Source: Tubulanus polymorphus
Lineage: Eukaryota; Animalia; Nemertea
Direction: 5' to 3'
DNA length: 64,000 nt
NCBI RefSeq assembly: GCF_964204645.1
Contig: NC_134031.1
Span: forward strand, 11,534,088 to 11,598,087
The notes beneath the pieces were generated by a model. The model was given only the letters and a program-made list of their open reading frames with translations. It did no database searches and had not been told where the DNA came from. Both the position numbers and the translations under genes were made by a program. Below, piece by piece: positions 1-13,313 of the stretch (positions within the stretch are counted from its first letter, which is position 1; each line of letters starts with the position of its first letter).

Positions 1-1096
1 ATTTGGTCGGAACAATGGGTTGCATTAGTTATGCGGCTGGTGGAAATGCGGCTGAGTGAGTAAATCATTCCGCGTCATGACAGGAGGGTTTGAAGGAAAA
101 AGTTAGTTCAGCAAATCAGTTTTGAAAATAATTTTAGATCAGCGAATCATTAAGGCTAAAATCTATATGACCAAAACAGTCATGACAGTAAGGTTGCTGC
201 TCCTTGCCAAAAGTCGAGTGGGAGAGTCGGTATTTTAAGAATGCCGATTCCTTCTATAAAAGGGACCCGCATCTTGAGAGAGCAGACACTCGGTAGACAC
301 TCAAAAGACACTCGTAGATACTTGTTAAAAGCTGGTTTGGGACTTGATTCAGGACGGGTTACCAACAGGAGAGTGCAATAGGAATTTAGAGCTAGGATTT
401 GGATTGTGTTAAACTGGAGAGCTGTGTTTAAATATTAAGGTAAATAAATTCATCTTGTATTGTTATATCCATTCAAAATTTCCGGTATTCTAGTTTTACT
501 TGGGTTTGTGCGCGGACACGTTCTCTCGCCAGGGACCGATTATCGCTTATATTATTATACGACTAAGGAGAGGATTGTGACCGGCGTATCAATAGACTGA
601 ATTAGAGTTTAGGCTAGTCCTGACCAAATCCTATCCATGTTATAATTGCACCAGTTATAGTAACGTCACTGTAGGGCAGACGAGAGGGAAAAAGTTGTGT
701 TTGTAGTACATAGGCATGGTAGGCTTGTCGTACTTACTTAATACTTAAAACGGTGTTGTTACCTGTACGTGACTGTACGGTAATTTCTACAGGTTAGCCG
801 TATGTGAGTATGTTGACGCTCAGACTTGCAATATTGGGATTCGAAACCAAACGAAAAAAAATCCAGTTGTAGTCAAGCGATTTACCCACTGTGCCACAGA
901 ACGTAACTGCAGGGTGGATGAAATTTGATTTACGAATAGCCTAGCCTCACCTAACCCAAACTCTATTCTTTCACGCATGCGCGTTTGCAGATTATAGGAA
1001 CTCACGTACGGTTAACCTGTGGATATCACCGTACAGTCACATACGGGTAACAACTTCGTACTTAAAAAATGGTATTGGCTACTAAGAACTCACGTC

Positions 1097-1474
1097 AAAC
1101 GTCTTCGCTATTCTATGCTATTCTTGCTATTCTACTCTCCTAAAAGAACAAAGAATAGCATGCTTTTCTTGCTATTCTTGCTATTCTACAAAACCTTACG
1201 ATAGCATAGAATAGCAAACGTCTTCGCTATTCTATGCTATTCTTGCTATTCTATTCTCCTAAAAGAACAAAGAATAGCATGCTTTTCTTGCTATTCTTGC
1301 TATTCTACAAAACCCTTACGATAGCATAGGATAGCAAACGTCTTCGCTATTCTATGCTATTCTTGCTATTCTAATCTCCTAAAAGAACAAAGAATAGCAT
1401 GCTTTTCTTGCTATTGTTGCTATTCTACAAAACCTTAAGATAGCATAGGATAGCAAACGTCTTCGCTATTCTAT
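1097..1474. repeat. Tandem repeat, 119-120 bp unit, about 3.2 copies
   Basis: AAACGTCTTCGCTATTCTAT recurs at 1097, 1216, 1336 and 1455; the unit is built from GCTATTCT and its reverse complement AGAATAGC. Confidence 0.95.
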
Positions 1475-2690
1475 AGTTAGTGTCAGGGTATAAGGTTATA
1501 AGGTTAGGGTTTAGGTTAAGGGTTATAAGGTTAGGGTTTAGGCCTATAGGATTTATATTAGGGTTAGGGTTTAGGGGGTTTGGGTTAAGAGGGTTAAGGT
1601 TTAGAGGGATAAGGTTGAGGGGGTTAGGGTTAAGGGATTATGGTTTAGGGGGTTATGGTTCAGAGGGTTAGGGTTTAGGAGGGTTAGGGTTTAGGGGGTT
1701 AGGGTTTACAGGGTTAGGGTTAAGGGGGTTACGGTTTAGGGTGTTTAGATAGTAAGGATTTAGAGAGTTAAGTGTCTATTCAGTTAGGGTTTAGGGTTTC
1801 GGGGGTTAGGGTTTATAGTTATTTTCGTTCACTATTATTATTAGTGTCTAGAAGATTAGGGTTTATAGGGTTAGGGTTTAGGTGGTTAGGGTTTAGAGAG
1901 TTAGGGTTTAGAGACTTAAGTGTCTATTTAGTTAGGGGTTTCGAGGGTTAGTGTTTCGAGGGTTATGCTTTCAAGGGTTAGGGTTTATAGTGTTAAGGAT
2001 TACAAGGTTAGGGTTCATAGGGTTAGGGTTTAGATGGTTAAGGTTTAGGGGGTTAGGGTTAAGGGGGTTATGGTTTAGAGGGTTAGGGTTTAGAGAGGTA
2101 AGTGTCTATTGAGTTAGGGTTTAGGGGGTTAGGGTTATGAAAGTTAGGGTTTAGAGGGCTCAGTGTATATTGAGTTAGGGTTTAGGGTTAGGGGGTTAGG
2201 GTTAACAGTATAGGGTATAGAAAGTTAAGTGTCTATTGATTTAGGTTTAGGGTTTCGAGGGTTAGGGTTTAAAGAGTTAAGTGTCTATTGAATTAGGGTT
2301 TAGGGGGTTATGGCTTAGGGGGTTATGGTTTAGGGGGTTAGGGTTTAGAGGGTTAGGTTTTAGAGGGTTAGGGTTTCGAGGGTTAGGGTTTCGAAGGTTA
2401 GGGTTTATAGGGTTAGGATTTGGGGGGTTAGGGTCTATTATAAAGAATTAAGTGTCTATTGAATTAGGGTTTAGGGGGTTATGGTTTAGGGGTAAGGGTT
2501 TAGAGGGTTACGTGTTAGAGGGTTAGTGTTTCGAGGGTTAGGGTTTAGAAGGTTAGGGTTTATAGGGTTAGGATTTAGGGGTTAGGGTTTAGAGTGTTAA
2601 GGTTTACAAGGTTAGGGTTCATAGGGTAAGGGTTCATAGGGTTAGGTTTTGAGGGGTTTATTTCATAGGTTTTCAAAAGAGGTTTAGGTT
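1475..2690 (+). repeat. Degenerate telomere-like (TTAGGG/TTTAGGG) interstitial tract
   Basis: Dozens of GGGTTAGGGTTTA variants, G-rich on the + strand, with a recurring AAGTGTCTATT spacer. Confidence 0.9.
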
Positions 2691-3180
2691 TTAACACATA
2701 TATACAAAACACATTAAATCACAAATTATAATAATTTATTTATCTAATTATAAAAATACAACATCACGATTGAATTTTTTTACGTTCAACTTGTTTCACC
2801 ACATTCGGATAACTGATTATTTACTTTATTTTTCCTTTCATATGTTTCACTTTTCAAATTGTTCATCTTTCAAATTGTTCGTTTTCTTTGCCTGAAATAT
2901 TACAATTAAGAATTCTTAATGTAACATTTAAAGTAAATATTTATATCTACATTTCTAAGCAAAAAATAAAACTTACCACGTCCAAATTTACACAATTGGT
3001 CATCTATCTTCAATTTTTTCAATGTATCTCTCATTTCATCGGAAAGATCATTATACTTCCTTTTCTTGAAAGACTTCGATTTTACTTTATTTATAGGCTG
3101 TGTTGTTGTTAACACTTCTCCAAAGCCACATTTTTCCAGCTATTCGAAAATATAGTAACAACGTATCGAAAAATCTAATA

Positions 3181-6159
3181 TTAATCATTCATTAAAATAT
3201 GTCGACTTACATTTTCCATAAATCTTTCTGCTGCCATTATCGGGAAATTAGTTTTGCTTGTTTTCAAGTCTTTAGTTACAGCTGGGCACAATCTAAATTT
3301 ACACATATAGGTTGCCGACATCTCATTGTTTTCTCCACAATATTCCAATGCTTTCTTCACTTTGTCCGGATGACGCGCTACTTCATCATAAGTATCAACT
3401 AAAAATTTTTTTTTCTGAATTATACTTATTTCTGCATACAATTAATAACTTTTCAATTCATTTCATATACACATGCCTAAAGATTTCAATTCGCTATAAT
3501 TACCTTCCTTAAAGCTACAGTCAATTTCCTCTGATTCTTTAATTAACATAAATGTCACCTCAACAAAATATTTTGCCATCAAAATTGCTTTACCGACGTC
3601 TTCTGCAGTTAATATTTGTACGTTATTGTATACAATTTCCTTGTTTCCTATAAACATACATTTATTGTTTAATATATCAACTTAGGTAGATTATGCAATT
3701 GACCCATTAACTCATTTCATACCTGCTAAAAAATTCATAGCATCTTTCATAGCTCTCAAAATACCGGACAGCCTAACGACGTATCCAAGAACTTTGGATA
3801 ATACTCCACGCAGTTGTTGTCATTCGTCGCATATTTTTCGTTGACGTAATAGTCATCGTGGAATTCACCAAACATCGCAAAAGCGTCTTCTCCAAATTTA
3901 TATTCCACTTGTTGGGTGTGCATTTCTAACAGCGCTTTATAGTAGCTTTTTAAGAATCCTTGAAACTCTTCCGGCATGGGTATCTTATAGTCAGAGAATT
4001 TGAAGATCACTTCTCCCGGGCTGGATACAAGGTATCTGTAACAAACAATTATTATACACTTAAACCTTTACTTATTATTCATTCTAATTTACATTTCTTT
4101 ATATCCTCATTTACCTATCATAAAATCCGTCATAATCATCCCTGTCGAGAACAGCAACCAATAAATTTGGTTGCATACAACCTGTATGGTTAAAGGCCGT
4201 CTTTGTGATAAACTGATAGCCAGAATTTTTATAGTACCTTGCCCAGGCCCAACCTCCGTTTAGGTTCAGAAATTGAGTTCTGTCGACAGTGCTATTGCCT
4301 TGTTTGTATACATGTAGTATTTGTATTTCTTCGTAAACTCCAATAACCTACATTCAATGTTATCATATATACGTACACGTTACAGAAAATTATGTAAATT
4401 TCCATTCTCTAATTATCAGTCGGATCATTTAACAATACTATTTCATAAAATCACCTGGCCACCATTCCTCTTCAGTACTCCGTGTAACTCTTCCATTGAA
4501 AAGTTATCAATGATAACTTGTCGTTCTTGTGTCGAAGGCGTTTCACTTTCATATTCAAATTCTTTTTGTATTTCGAAAATTGGCCCGGTTAGTCTTCGTA
4601 AAGCCGGCGATTTCCTCTCTCCTTTTTAGCAGTTACTATAGTCCATAAAATACTCGGTTCTTCCCATTCTTCGTGTACTCGTATGCTTGCATTCACGCTC
4701 ATGAATCCTATAATAAATTGTTCAAATCTAACATAAGTGGTTCCGTCAAATGAATAAATGCGATTGAGAGATATGAATAATGTGTTTATGAATATAATAA
4801 CTCACAAATAAATACGATATAGGTTTTATATTTAAAAAAATAATGCGTTTGAGAGATATTGTGTTTATAAATGTAAAACCATACAAAGATATACCCTAGC
4901 CTCTCATCAGATTTTTTTAAAATAAATTAACGCGGAATGACGAATTTCATTAGGGTTTTCTGACTTTCGTCGAAAACCCTCTTGAAATTCTGTTGATTAT
5001 TATTATTATATATTTTCCGCCGATTTCGTCAAATAAAATTCATCTTCATTCAGATTCGGCAACTGACAGCTTCGAAACGAAATGTATAAATTGATACTGT
5101 AATAACGGTCTCTCTGAACCAACAGATTGTCTGAATGTACTTTCCATCCTATTTGAAACTTAAAATTACTTATTAGGTTACTGTAAATAAAGAATTGAAT
5201 TGAATTGTTAGACAACAAGCACCGGCGAAATAACAGTTTGTGACGTCATTTAGTAAGTAAATAAAGGAGGGCTCCGAGAATTTCCAAATCACGGGGGACT
5301 ATACTGGGGTTAGACCATTCAACCAAAAAGAGGTTTGCTCCGATAATATCCAAATCATCTCATTTTATTTTTTCCATTGAATACCCGGTAATTAATTTTT
5401 CCTTTCGATCACATGCATCCAGAAAATCCGTTATCGCTGCTTTGCAGCTATATTTTTTATTGCTTTTCTTAAAAAAATTAGTTAGAATAAAAAGCTTAAC
5501 CTGAGACTTTGTAACCTGAGTTTTTTACCATTACCAAACAAATACCAGTAATCAAAAAACTCCATTTAAAATTGAATAGCTCCCAAAAACCTATGTAATC
5601 AAACTAGATCGTCATATTTATTCAAAACTTAGACAATCATTTTCGTTAGATTCACGTTTTCTCGAAATTAAGTCAAAGTAAACGAATCTGGTGCTGTTTT
5701 TTTCACCGTATATGTGGATTACCAATGCGTCGAGGATGAATATATAAACGTAGAAAAAAAATATCATACATTACACAGACGATTGATGGGGCGATCGCAT
5801 TTGTCTTTTCAATTTTTATTAGGGACTATTTTCATGACGCGGGCGGCATTTGACTTTCTTGTGAAATTATGGTATTTCTTTATGTGGCCTAAGTAGAACT
5901 TCATTAAGCACCTCCAACTAGCCACTTGCTAGATATACATTAATCAAATTTAAAAGTAAAATCAATGAAATACATTGTAGTTTATCCATCATTACCTACC
6001 TGCGGTAATACTCAATAGAGGTACAAATATCAATTCTTTGGGACAACCAATGGCTTCAGAATGAGCATCGACGAGTTTTTTCGTAATGTCTCCTGCTACA
6101 TTTTCAATTTCTGGAAATTTGCACAATTGCGCCGATTTTATTCTTTTTTCGACGGACAT
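3181..6159 (-). pseudogene. Spliced DUF3987/YfjI-like P-loop NTPase, disrupted
   Basis: Exon 6159-6000 (AIGCPKELIFVPLLSITAG) splices in phase by GT-AG to the exon at 4707 (FMSVNASIRVHEEWEEPSILWTIVTAKKGERKSPAL, Walker A-like). Later exons give VIGVYEE (Walker B-like), FNHTGCMQP and DGFYDR|YLVSSP. Stops and frameshifts present; 3' end uncertain. Confidence 0.7.
4942..4990. repeat. Hairpin motif, related inverted copy at 8361-8406; possible end of a non-autonomous (Helentron/HINE-like) element
   Basis: GAATTTCATTAGGGTTTTC...GAAAACCCTCTTGAAATTC palindrome; reverse complement of 8361-8406 is very similar. Confidence 0.4.
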
Positions 6160-6529
6160 TTCTGTATCTAGTACTTTTCTACAGCCTCCAAATAATAAAA
6201 TCAACGATACGTATTGTAATCGAAGGTTCGTTGCTACTTTCGTCTGCTTTTAAATAAAGGCTTATCGTTCATTCCATGGTTTCAATGACCACCTATCAAC
6301 GGTTCGCTCCAATAATGTATGCTATCATTCAAATCTGGATACCACACACCATTCATTCGTCTGCGTCTAAAATGCACTTATATACAAGTTACGGCTAGGC
6401 TACATGTTTAGGTAAGTTTTATTTCACATTACTTCTTTTCATAATATTATCAGATTTTTAGTCTGCTTCATAAGTTAATGATAACATATATCCTGTACTA
6501 TCAACAATTCCTCCTTTCATTCTTTTCAG

Positions 6530-8296
6530 ACGTATAGGGCCTACATTCTTCGACATACAGTTCATTAGACATCAAGAGCGTTATGCCTTTTTTACTACAC
6601 ATGCGAGAAATCATATCGTTTATAGATGCAGTCAATCATTTGCCCAAAGAAATTCCAAAGAGATACGATCTAATTTTGGAGTTTTTGAAATCCACTTAAC
6701 ATGATAGGCCTATCTATGAAAAGCAACTTCAACTTGAAATTGTTCTAGGAAATGGTTACACTAAAAAGAAATTTGATGCTTCTCCAGATCATTGCAAACA
6801 AACATATCATATATTGAGTAACCAATACAGCGATTTACTGAATAAATCAGATAATTTTCAAACTTTGCTTGAAATAAGTAAAAGCAGTTCCACTATAAGG
6901 AATGTCATTTTAATACTTTAAACCCGATCATGTAGGTTTTGCGGTAGTGACAAGTTAACTACAAACACGAAGTTAAGTTATCCTATAGTCTTCAGTAAAA
7001 ACGGTCCGTTGGGCAATAATACACCTACACAGGTGTATTATTTTTCAAATACTGTCTCAAGTGTAACGCAAAATACACTTATTCATTTAGTTACAAAGCT
7101 AATAGTCCTGAAAAGAAATATCCTACCGACTTAAGCCTACATAACGATTATTACGTGGTTACTACGCAAACTGTATTTACAACTGAAATTTTGAAATCTA
7201 TGTCAGCTAAGATGAAAATCTTTGGAGCATCTTTTGAGTCATTAGCCGAAGAATACAACGCAGAATTCATTGAAAGAATCGATGAACTGAACAGAGTATT
7301 CGAAGATGGTGGAAGAAATAATGGCAAATGGAATTTATGTGAATAGCGCATAGAAGATGCATGGTATTTATGGATCGCTTCAAAAAATTGAATTGCGTAA
7401 CAATTCAATACACGTCTGGAAATCGCATAGATATGGAATTGATAGCCGAGGACATTTTGGAGGTATTTTTTTTTCTATACGCCTATTTTCTTATTTAAAA
7501 TATTTACAAATCATTGAAACTTCTATACAATGTATCATTAGGCATGCCGAGGATCCGACAAGCGTTGGATCGAGCATAAGTGCAATATCCCAGGTTTTAA
7601 AGAAGGCTATTACACGGTAGACGGCAATGAAAAATTGAGAAGATCAATATGTGCCCATTCAGTACAAAAATCGGATAAACCAGGCTGCTTAAACGATTTT
7701 TGTCCCAATGACCCAGTGATTGGTGGTCATCATAAAGTTCCTAACAAGTTAGTTCTGTCATAAAAAAACATTCCATACACTTCGCCTGAAAAATCAATGC
7801 AAAAGCTTATCTATGTATACATTCTATAATGTTGTTTCAGAATTTCGATAAAATGTATATACTCAGAGAAAACTACCGCCATATATCATCATTTAGTTAC
7901 ATAATTTATTTATTAATTTGTCATTCTTGCAGATTTTGTACCTACCACGTACCACAACATAGCGAAAAGCTAATACAAAATCAACCAAACAGAATACAAC
8001 GCAAGCGGAAACTGCCTGAATATCTTAAAGGTAAAATACATCCTCGTATTAGCTATATTCTTAATTCTAGTAGCCTTCCGCGACTCAACGACCTTGATTT
8101 AAACTTGATCAATTCAAAACCTGTTTATCGACGCTTTTGGTTATATGAACTGATCAGCAATATACTTGAATAAAATAACCGGAATAACAAGAAATTTCCG
8201 ATGTTTACGGCTCGACAGTGCCTTTATAACGTGGATTTATCAAAATTGCCAAGCGAGCTGAAGGATATCATACGGATTGTATCGGCGACAGCGGTA
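6530..8296 (+). pseudogene. CxC5-type cysteine-cluster protein of KDZ (Kyakuja-Dileera-Zisupton)-like transposase, 5' part, disrupted
   Basis: Hand translation: CRFCGS...PIVFSKNGPLG..FKYCLKCNAKYTYSF...YYVVTTQTVFTTEILKSM...GASFESLAEEYN...LCE*RIEDAWYLW, later PGC...VIGGHHK (degenerate VxDGH); GT-AG introns and stops. Confidence 0.55.
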
Positions 8297-8449
8297 AGGT
8301 AAGAAAGCCTTTACACTTTTAGCAAAAACTAGGTGGAAAAGGGAAAAAAAATAATCACGCGAATTTCAATAGGGGTTTCTGTGAAGAAACAGAAAACCCT
8401 AATAAGTTTTTCCACAATTTGTTACACCAGAAATTAAACAAGTTGCTAT

Positions 8450-8662
8450 TTGACAATTTTTTTATGTGTTGTGTATGTTGGTTGTTCTAACATAAATTCA
8501 TTTATATCTTTATATTTTTTGTGGGATTATCTTATCTAATTTATCTTGTTTTACTTGACGCCAGATATTTTTGTTAGAAGAATAAGCAACCGAACTCTCA
8601 GGGTTGTAATATAAATTTCTTAAATATTGTTCTTTAGTATTAGGAGTTTTTTTACCACCCAT
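8450..8662 (-). pseudogene. Polinton-type integrase, N-terminal fragment
   Basis: MGGKKTPNTKEQYLRNLYYNPESSVAYSS...FMLEQPTYTTHKK matches the YYxP...QxxYTLHK N-terminal signature of Polinton integrases; truncated before the DDE core. Confidence 0.75.
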
Positions 8663-8692
8663 TTATATATCCTTAATTTTAACTTTATATTT

Positions 8693-9957
8693 CTAATATT
8701 GAATACTATCTAATTGTGAATTTACAATATTTAATTGTGCGTCACATATAATATAAATGTGCATTCTGAAATTTTTGTCTCCTGTTTTCTTTGCCATGAA
8801 TAATTGTATTCCATCTTTAGTGTTCTGTAGTTTTTTCCCAGAACCATGTAATGAATTATCCTCTGTTGTTCTAAAATCTAACCATAACGCGTATTTATTA
8901 CCGGTATAATAATCACTTTGATTAATATTACAATTTTCAGATGATTTTACTTTTTCATTCATAAAATGTTTTCTAATTTCTGGCCATTGATCAATCATTC
9001 TCATTCCTTGACAAAATATTTTATTTGCTATTCCTTCGATAGTTATTTCTACTTTTGTTATTTTAGGATTATAATAATTATCTACCTTTATTGCGCCATT
9101 AGAATATGTTGCAATGGTAAAAAATATTAATATACCTTTAATAGATCTTCTTGAGAAGTTAATATTCTCATTAATTATTTCATCATTTGCATTAATAGTT
9201 ACAGTTTTATATTTATCAATATAATCATATAATAATGAAAATCCTTGATTGTATTGAGTTTGAATTGTGTTAGCAATATTTTCATTAGTTACTGTGTTAT
9301 ATTCTAAACATATATTCGATAATTTATAACCCATATCTTTAACAACGCTAGATAATACAATTTCATTTACAGGAGCAAATTTTATCTCAAATATAATATC
9401 TTCTTGAATTACATATTTATATAAAGGTGCATTATTATTTATCAATTCAAAGTCTAATGGAATTTTATATTTGCTTCCATAAATCTTTTTAATCAAATTA
9501 TCTACGTCATTAGTTACTACTGCATTATTGGCCTCAGATCTTAATTTATTTTGATTTTCTGATTGGATGCCTTGAAATATCATATTATTTCTATTTTCTT
9601 TAGTTAACCATAAATCTTTATAATGCATAAATAAATTATAATCATCTAATGAGAAAACTGTTTCTGGACCAATCTTGATAGTTAATTTTTTAATCAAATA
9701 TCTTCCAAGATTATCAACAACATAATTATTATTATTACCAGTTACTTTTATATCAGCTGATAAATAAATACTATTTGGAACATAAAAAGTATTTTGTGTT
9801 AATCTCGGGATTCTAACATATAAAGTTTCATCAGGATTAAAGTTTCATCAGGATTAATATTAGAAGGGTTATGAGTGATTATATGATGTGATCTTTCTGC
9901 TTTAATAGCATTAGATATTTTACGATTCTTAGAAGGATTGATATAACGCCCACTCAT
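8693..9957 (-). pseudogene. Putative major capsid protein (double jelly-roll), frameshifted
   Basis: 334-aa ORF plus upstream frame MSGRYINPSKNRK...HNPSNINPDETLYVRIP; joined (about 415 aa) if the 17-bp tandem duplication at 9821-9854 is removed. Size, beta-rich pattern and context fit an MCP; fold not verified. Confidence 0.65.
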
Positions 9958-10012
9958 TTATTTAACAAAAAAATTCATCATTAATTTTTTATCATGTTAA
10001 GTTGATATTTTT

Positions 10013-11442
10013 TTATATCATGTTTACTAACCCAAAAATAATTGCACTTACAACTGTAATTAAAAATATAATAATATGTTCAGCAGCAAAGTTAATAATG
10101 TTTCCTGCAGATTTCAATATAAAACCAACAATTGATGCAATAATTCCTGGTAAAGCTGCGGCAGATTTTTTAGATAGTTCCCATAAATAGTTTGCTAATT
10201 TTTTTAAACCATCTTTGACTTTATCTTGTATAGAATTATTATCATTCGGGGGATTATCCGGTTTATTGGGAGTAGGAGTAGATTTCAAAGAATTTGATAT
10301 TGCTAAACCAATTGTTGTAAATAACATAGTTACAGCTGTTAGAATTGAAAGAATTGTGATTCCTTCTAATTTAAATAATAATTTTATTCTATCTTTCAAT
10401 TATATTTCAGAATTATGTTTTATCAACAAATCTTTAAAAATAATTTTTAATCTATTAATATTATAATCATATGATTTTAATAATGATTTAATTTCTTCTT
10501 TTTGTAATTCTAAATTATCTTTTAAATTATTAATTTCTTTTTCTAAACGTAATTCTTTTTGCCTATATTCCATTTCATCAATTACTTGACGATCAAGATC
10601 AGACTTTAATTGTTCTATTTCTTTATTTTTATCAGTTAATTCTCTTTCTAAAGTTCTAATTTTAATATCTCTTATACTTTTATTATGCGCAATTTATCAG
10701 CTTCATTTCTTATACTAATAATTTCTCTAATTGCTTCATCAGAAAATATATTTAAATCTTCTAATTGTTGATCTGTTGCATCAATTAATCCATTCGGTAA
10801 AAGTTTTTCAATTGGAACTTTATTTGATTTAAGTTTACTAGTTTTGGAAGTTATATTCTGTTCAGAAGTTGTTTCTGTTTCTGATTTCTTTTTGATTATT
10901 TCAAATAATTCATTAATTCTTTGTTTAAATACGTCTATATCATTATCAGTTAATTCTTGTATTATAACATCAGTTATTATATTACTATTATTAATTCTTT
11001 TAATTCTATCTGGATCTAAATCACTCAAAGTTGATTTTGTTAATATTTTATTTTTATTGTTTTTATAAGTGATATCAATATAATAATCACCTTTCAAATG
11101 ATAATACCATTTACCATTATCTAAAAATTTTAATTGATCTGCTAAAGGTCCAACGTCTTCATCATTTATGTTAAGTTTAGAATTTTCAATTATACGTTCT
11201 AATTTAGGTATTTTTTTTAAGTTATCTAAATCTTGTTTTACTAAATCTGGGTCTAAATTTTCAGGATTTAATTGTGATTCTGCGTTTTTAATATAATCAG
11301 GTATATTTAAATTATTATTATGTCCTGGCTCATTACCGTCATTAAAACTTGTTTCACTAAAATCAGGTTGTTGTTCATCAGTTATGCCAGGTTCATCAAA
11401 ATTATCCATTCCAATATCTATTCCACCTCCTTCTACATCCAT
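10013..11442 (-). pseudogene. Viral coiled-coil protein with C-terminal hydrophobic/amphipathic helices, split by frameshifts
   Basis: ORFs 10672-11442 and 10013-10399 joined by coiled-coil-like sequence; GITILSILTAVTMLFTTIGLAI and AAALPGIIASIVGFIL segments; TAAATG start. Confidence 0.6.
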
Positions 11443-11459
11443 TTATATAATAAAGAAAT

Positions 11460-12784
11460 TAAAATTAAAAATATAATATTCCTCCTATAACAATTCCTAT
11501 ACAAGTTAAAGCTAATTTAGTATTTTCATGGAATTTATTATCATTATCAGTTTTAATTATTTCATGTTGAATATTATCAGTTTTAATATTTTCTGATGTA
11601 TTATAATCCGGTTTAGAATCATTATTTAATTCAATATTCTTAGTTTTAGTTTCTGTTGATTGAATGTGTTTTTTTAATTTTTTTCACCTTCCATTAATTT
11701 TGGAGCAGTAATAATCTTTTTATTCATATCATTTAATCCAAATGAATTATTTATTGTTGCAGTATTAATTAGATTATTGTAACCAATTATATTTCCCATC
11801 TTTAATACTAAATCATTAGAAATAATTAATAGATTAGGGCTTATACAATAATTTAGTCTTACATGAGATTTATCTAAATAATTTTGATATCTTACAATGT
11901 TTTCTGGAATCGATCTATTTTTATCATTATGAATTGAATCTTCAAATAATACTTTGAATTGTTTCTGCGCATCGAATGAAGTGTTATCATTTCCAATTAT
12001 TGTGGATCTTGTTTCAACTTGCGCACCTAAAATACATATCAAATAAGGTTCTAATAGATTGATTTATTCTTTGTATACCAGCTTTAGTAAAACCTTCACT
12101 ATTTTCTAAAATGAAATAAACCCAACCATTATTATTTTGTTGTTGTATATAATTATAATATTTTGGTAATTCATTCCAATTTAGTGTTCTTATATCAGAA
12201 TTTGTTATTATTTTTCCAAATTCTTTAGTACATAATATTCCTAATCCATCCATTGTACCAATTTTTGCTCTAAAATCTTTATTTGAATTAATATTAAATT
12301 CATTACATATTTTATAAAACTTAGAAAAATTAATATTATTATTCAATTCTTTAAAATATTTTGAACCTGGTAAAGGACATTCTAATTAATCTAATATTAA
12401 TTTTATTTGAAAATAAGTATGAAATCTAAAGAGTGATAACCTCAATGGTAAACTTGGTTTGTTTAAATGATCATTCCAACTAATTCCACATCCTGTTGTT
12501 GCGCAATAAACAGCAAAATTTAATTGGTTCTGCCAATACTTCATATTAGATTTTAATAACCATTGTTTTGCCTCATTTCAATTTTCAAAATTAATTGTAT
12601 ACACATGAAATATATTTTCCATCTTTACGTGAAAATGATTACTTTCAGTAACATAAATATATAAATTAATTAATGAATTTAAAACTTAATTTCTATATGA
12701 AATATCTTTATTAAAATCTATTGCTGGAATATTATATTTAATTGATTTATTATATTGGAAAGCTTTTGGAAAACTATCTACCAT
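11460..12784 (-). pseudogene. Conserved viral protein with C-terminal membrane anchor, disrupted
   Basis: MVDSFPKAF start, WQNQLNFAVYCATTGCG, GFTKAGIQRINQSIRT, ILGAQVETRS, terminal KLALTCIGIVIG; homologue at 53594-54983. Confidence 0.7.
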
Positions 12785-12800
12785 TTATATAATTTAAAAA

Positions 12801-13235
12801 CTAATAATTTATTAATTCTTTTAATAATTTATCTTGTTCTTCAACTGTTATATGACCATTTAAACTTATTATATAATCTAGTGTATTCTTTAATTTATTA
12901 ATTTCTTTTATATTAGTTTTAATTTTTTCTTTATTACTTTTTATATTTAATTTTGAACTTATACCAGTTAAAACACTTGAACTTAATCCTAGTACGCCAA
13001 TTGATATAGCTAAAGGTGTTAATGGACTGAATATTGCTAGAAATGTTATTACAGAACTAATTGTAACCGAACCACTAATAATAAAATAATATATAATTTT
13101 AGATTTTAAATATTTTTTCTTTTTAACTTTTAAATCATTTTCAAATTCTAATATTTGTTTTTCTAAATATGTTTTTAATTTAGTTTTATTTATATAATGA
13201 GGAATGATATCAATATTATCAACTTTATCTTCCAT
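12801..13235 (-). CDS. Viral two-TM membrane protein
   Basis: Intact 144-aa ORF, hydrophobic hairpin IIYYFIISGSVTISSVITFLAIFSPLTPLAISIGVLGLSS; TAAATG start; homologue at 53263-53576. Confidence 0.75.
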   Translation of the reverse strand: MEDKVDNIDIIPHYINKTKLKTYLEKQILEFENDLKVKKKKYLKSKIIYYFIISGSVTISSVITFLAIFSPLTPLAISIGVLGLSSSVLTGISSKLNIKSNKEKIKTNIKEINKLKNTLDYIISLNGHITVEEQDKLLKELINY

Positions 13236-13313
13236 TTATTTAGAAAAAAAATTACTAATTAGTAAACTTATAAGCAACAAATATAACAATAACAGTTCCA
13301 CCTAAAATCCATA

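Noticed and set aside
1-1090. Possible solo LTR or element end (TATAAAA near 255, AATAAA at 443)
   Set aside because: No second copy, PBS/PPT or TSD identifiable in the window
1097-1474. CRISPR-like appearance of the 119-bp and 92-bp arrays
   Set aside because: No unique spacers, no cas genes, eukaryotic context
1480-1671. Gly/Arg/Leu-rich 63-aa ORF (and ORF 1019-1204)
   Set aside because: Translations of the telomere-like and 119-bp repeats
1475-2690. True telomere, or herpesvirus-style telomeric integration of the Polinton-like virus
   Set aside because: The tract is degenerate, internal and about 6 kb from the viral genes, with other elements in between
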